DNA of 64,000 bases from Orbicella franksi (taxonomy: Eukaryota): positions 13,640,001 through 13,704,000 of the forward strand of contig OZ116701.1 in assembly GCA_964199315.1 (NCBI GenBank). The letters run 5' to 3'. Positions 60,780 through 64,000 of the stretch are shown piece by piece. The notes beneath the pieces are model-generated. The model was not told the origin of the DNA. It searched no databases and was given only the letters and a program-made list of their open reading frames with translations. Numbering within the stretch: the stretch's first letter is position 1; the number at the start of each line of letters is the position of its first letter. Position numbers and translations under genes: made by a program.

Positions 60780-63064
60780 TTGTTTTCCAACTAATTCATT
60801 TGTTATCCTGTACGACGTAAAGCTAAACATAAAGATAGTTGAAAAAAGGAAAACAGATCAATGATGTATTTTCTTTTTGCTTAGTCTTATCGCAAGTAAC
60901 CTGGATTATTTTATAGTATTGAACTATTTTGAACACCGGAAGTATATAAAGCAAGGGAAAACATCTGCGGCACTTTTTCTTTTGTGTAGTTAAGCAAGAC
61001 TTTCTTGATGCTGCGTTACCAAACAATAACACCGGACGTTTTAGTACATTAGTTCGCCTGTTGAATGTGTATCTAAGTCTCATTTTTGACTTTATAGGAT
61101 AGCTGCAGGAATTGTCTTATGAGCATAATTTTTTTTCGCTTTATTGTTTGGTTGGAAATGCCTGGGCGCTCTAAGCTCACCTGCCAGTAAAACAGAAGCT
61201 TCTAATCTGAGGCAAAGGTTTTTTATTGTAGGAATTGGTTCAAATACCTGTTTATGTTCGGCACGTTTAGATAATAATCTGAATAGGTTAATCATTTATG
61301 GCTTTGCGCGCGCAAGTGTTATGTTTTGAATGCTGTTTTTGCATTCTCTTTCACACCTAGTCCTCTCAAACTTATTACATGTAATAAGCAAAGATTAAAT
61401 AATATTTTGCTATCATCTCTGTTAAAATTTGGGATTTAGTCTTACATTATAAATGCCCAAACAAAAGTGTTTTTTCTGTTTTTATGGCTTTATTTGTGAT
61501 TTTCATGAATTTACTTCGGTGAAATCTTCCAAAATTTTTACATCACATCGCTTCCAGCGGGATACGAATTTTAAACACGAAAAAAGTACGGTTTGTAAAG
61601 GCAGTTTTCTCGATATTTTTAAATTTATGTCCTTTACTAATCGTTAGCTTTGCGTGAGAAAAGACTGATCTGATTTCTATGTTTGAAAATTGAATAAATA
61701 TGGAAAGTAGCAGCTGCACTGTAGTCTCTTCTATTTTGCAGATTGATAGCCGTGGCAAGCAATCATTATAACAAGGATTCAGCTGTCTGTCAAAATCAAA
61801 CTTAAAAAGTTTATTTGTGTCCGACACAAGTATTGACTGTAGTTTGAGGCGTGAGTCTGGGCTCTCAAAGAGTTTAAATAACTTGGAATGTGTTCTTGTA
61901 ATAAGCATTAAACAAGGCTAAAATGGGACATTTTTAATGCCTCACTGCTCCTTAACGAGCATGGGCACCTCCCTTTTTTATTTTATAATTAAAGTTCTCA
62001 TATGATAAATATTCAGTGGGTAAAGTTTGAACAAAAATCTATTGGCAGTTCTATTTCAGGGGAATTACCTTAAACTTGAGTGCTCGAAAATCGAAAAAAA
62101 AAAAACATTTTGCGTGTTGCTGGCTAGTTTTGTAAAGTTCTCATATGTCTCGAGTGCTTTCTCATCCTGGGTTTGCTGAGTGAAAAACATTATTGATTAC
62201 ATTTCTTTATACTCTCGATAGTATGCTTTACTTTTGGAATTGAACCAAATGGCAAAGTGTTTATAGACTGAAAGACGTGTGCCCAGTTTCTCGTATTGCG
62301 TGTGTAGTCTTTTGCTGTACAATTGAGAAGGTCGTAATCTTTTAAGTTGTAACTTATCTTCCTACTTTTTTTTTTTTCTCCCAACCTGGTCACACAAATT
62401 CACAAAATTTTAATAGCGTTTTAGGACTACCGTGTGGTACGATATTTTTGCAAGTTCTAATTTTTGTGATTTTTCCGCTTTTTTTCCACAATCCGCAAAA
62501 ACAAGTTCCCGTGAAAAAAAGTTCCCACAAAAATTTCTCCGCAAAAATTTACTCTACTGACGGAATTACACGTACAAACATCACATGTGCAAACATCTCT
62601 ATCGTTTCTATCGTCCCGGCAGAAACAAAATCAGGGGATATGCATCAAGTTGTACCTTAGTTTTTGCTGATCAATTTCCAGAGCAGTCAGTCACCCTGGG
62701 CAAGATGAAGTTGCTGGTTTTAAGACAAAGCAAACTCGAACTTGTGACGCAACTCGTAAATCATGGGTCAGGGGACGAGATTGCGACTCCAGGCTCACTC
62801 GTTTCGTCAAGCTTGCGCAGTAGGGACGAAAACTAGAGGAACGAGATTAGAAATCCGTTCCTTTGGTATTTCTAAATCTCGATAGAATACTCAATTGTAG
62901 GCACTGGACAATATTCGATAGCAGGTGGTACAAATTGCAATTGGAAGTGTTGAATTTCGATCACCAAATCGAAGTGAGTGTATTTTTTTTTCTGTTTTAT
63001 CTATTTTATCGCCCCGTTTTATTTACAGCATGTAAATGGAATTTCAGTATTAATGCCAGTTGCT

Positions 63065-63412
63065 CAGGGATCCCCCACATCCGTTTAGAATATGAATAAA
63101 AGATTAACCTTCCTTTTTCGTGCGTGTTTTGTGTTTTGTGGCGGCCATTTTGAATTGTTTAATACGCGGTCTGCTATTGGGAGGTCTGGAACCGAAGTTA
63201 CTGAAGTCTGGGATGGGCGGGAAAATTCGCAAATTCTCGGAGGGAGCCGATCGCTCACCGAGAATAATCTTAGAGCTTCGAGTAGGCTCCGAGCGATTTC
63301 CGTAATTTAGGTTCCAGGCCTCGCACTAGCATATCGCACGTATTAAATTCAAAATGACCACCACAAAACACAAAACACGCGCGATTATTCTAAACGGATG
63401 TGGGGCTCCCTG
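63065..63412. mobile_element. Long-TIR (Mutator-like) MITE
   Basis: CAGGGATCCCCCACATCCGTTTAGAATA and TATTCTAAACGGATGTGGGGCTCCCTG, with the imperfect inverted repeat extending ~130 bp. Flanks TGCCAGTTGC/TGCCGATTGC (~10 bp). Absent from the paralogous site at ~54530. Confidence 0.8.
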
Positions 63413-64000
63413 TGCCGATTGCAAACAAACGACATGAAAACGACAGGATTGGAAGATAATAACTATTTTCTATACCAACCCTTCAAGAGTCTTTCTTTAA
63501 TATGAAAGGAATAATTGTCTTTACTGGCCTCTAGTGTTTTGTAACATAAGTATATTCCTTACTGGAATTAGAAGATAGCTGCTGGATACCAAAAACACCG
63601 TCCCTATTTAGATATAAATATTTTCTCTTTTTCATGCTTTACTCTAAAACAAACAGAAGATGGACAACAGAAGACAAGATTGGAAAACAAAGAAGAATAT
63701 TGGAAATTCGTTCTTTGGACAGTTATTCTAAATCTAGGTAGAATACTCAATTTTATGCACAGCATAATATTGGATATCAGGTGGTACAAATTGTAAATTA
63801 AAAGTGGGAATTTCGATCATCAAATCGAATTGAGTGGTTTTCTTGTTATGTCTATTTTATCACGCCGTATTATTTTCGGCATACAAATGGAAGTTTCAAT
63901 ATTAATGCCGACTGCAAACAAACGACAGGAAGTTAGTAAGTATTTTCTATACCACCAACAGATGAATTGTCTTAACTGACCTCCGTTTGTTTTTCAGACG

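Larger units (their letters stand above)
55290..64000 (+). repeat. Decayed tandem segmental duplicate of the TASP1 3' region (~49500-54800)
   Basis: Collinear matches: 55291-55365~49504-49566; 58108-58205~49577-49690; 60764-62430~50151-51205; 62700-63665 and 63665-64000~54160-54790. Confidence 0.88.

Overview
Eukaryotic, AT-rich animal DNA, most likely a cnidarian (stony coral or anemone), judged from the GPCR family, SINE/MITE types and transposon families; this is an inference. 1-38 kb is a graveyard of nested, mostly decayed mobile elements. It holds three Sola-like remnants, a RAG1/Transib-like transposase element with a convergent intact 211-aa ORF, a BEL/Pao integrase, a Chapaev-like remnant with a FEN1/PIN-type domain, a complete 6.6-kb hAT element split by a piggyBac at a TTAA, DIRS/Ngaro gag remnants, further piggyBac remnants and MITEs. 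39954-54012 (+) is a complete 14-exon taspase-1 gene (TASP1, 387 aa; all introns GT-AG with consistent phases). 55.3-64 kb is a decayed tandem duplicate of the TASP1 3' half. It is interrupted by an RTE LINE and carries an intact single-exon rhodopsin-type GPCR (59850-60779), whose last codons and 3' flank also survive in TASP1 intron 10. The best leads are the RAG1-like two-gene transposon, the apparent un-nesting of a GPCR from a TASP1 intron by duplication and reciprocal loss, and a palindromic pair of minimal hammerhead ribozyme motifs. All family assignments come from motif recognition by eye; no database searches were run.
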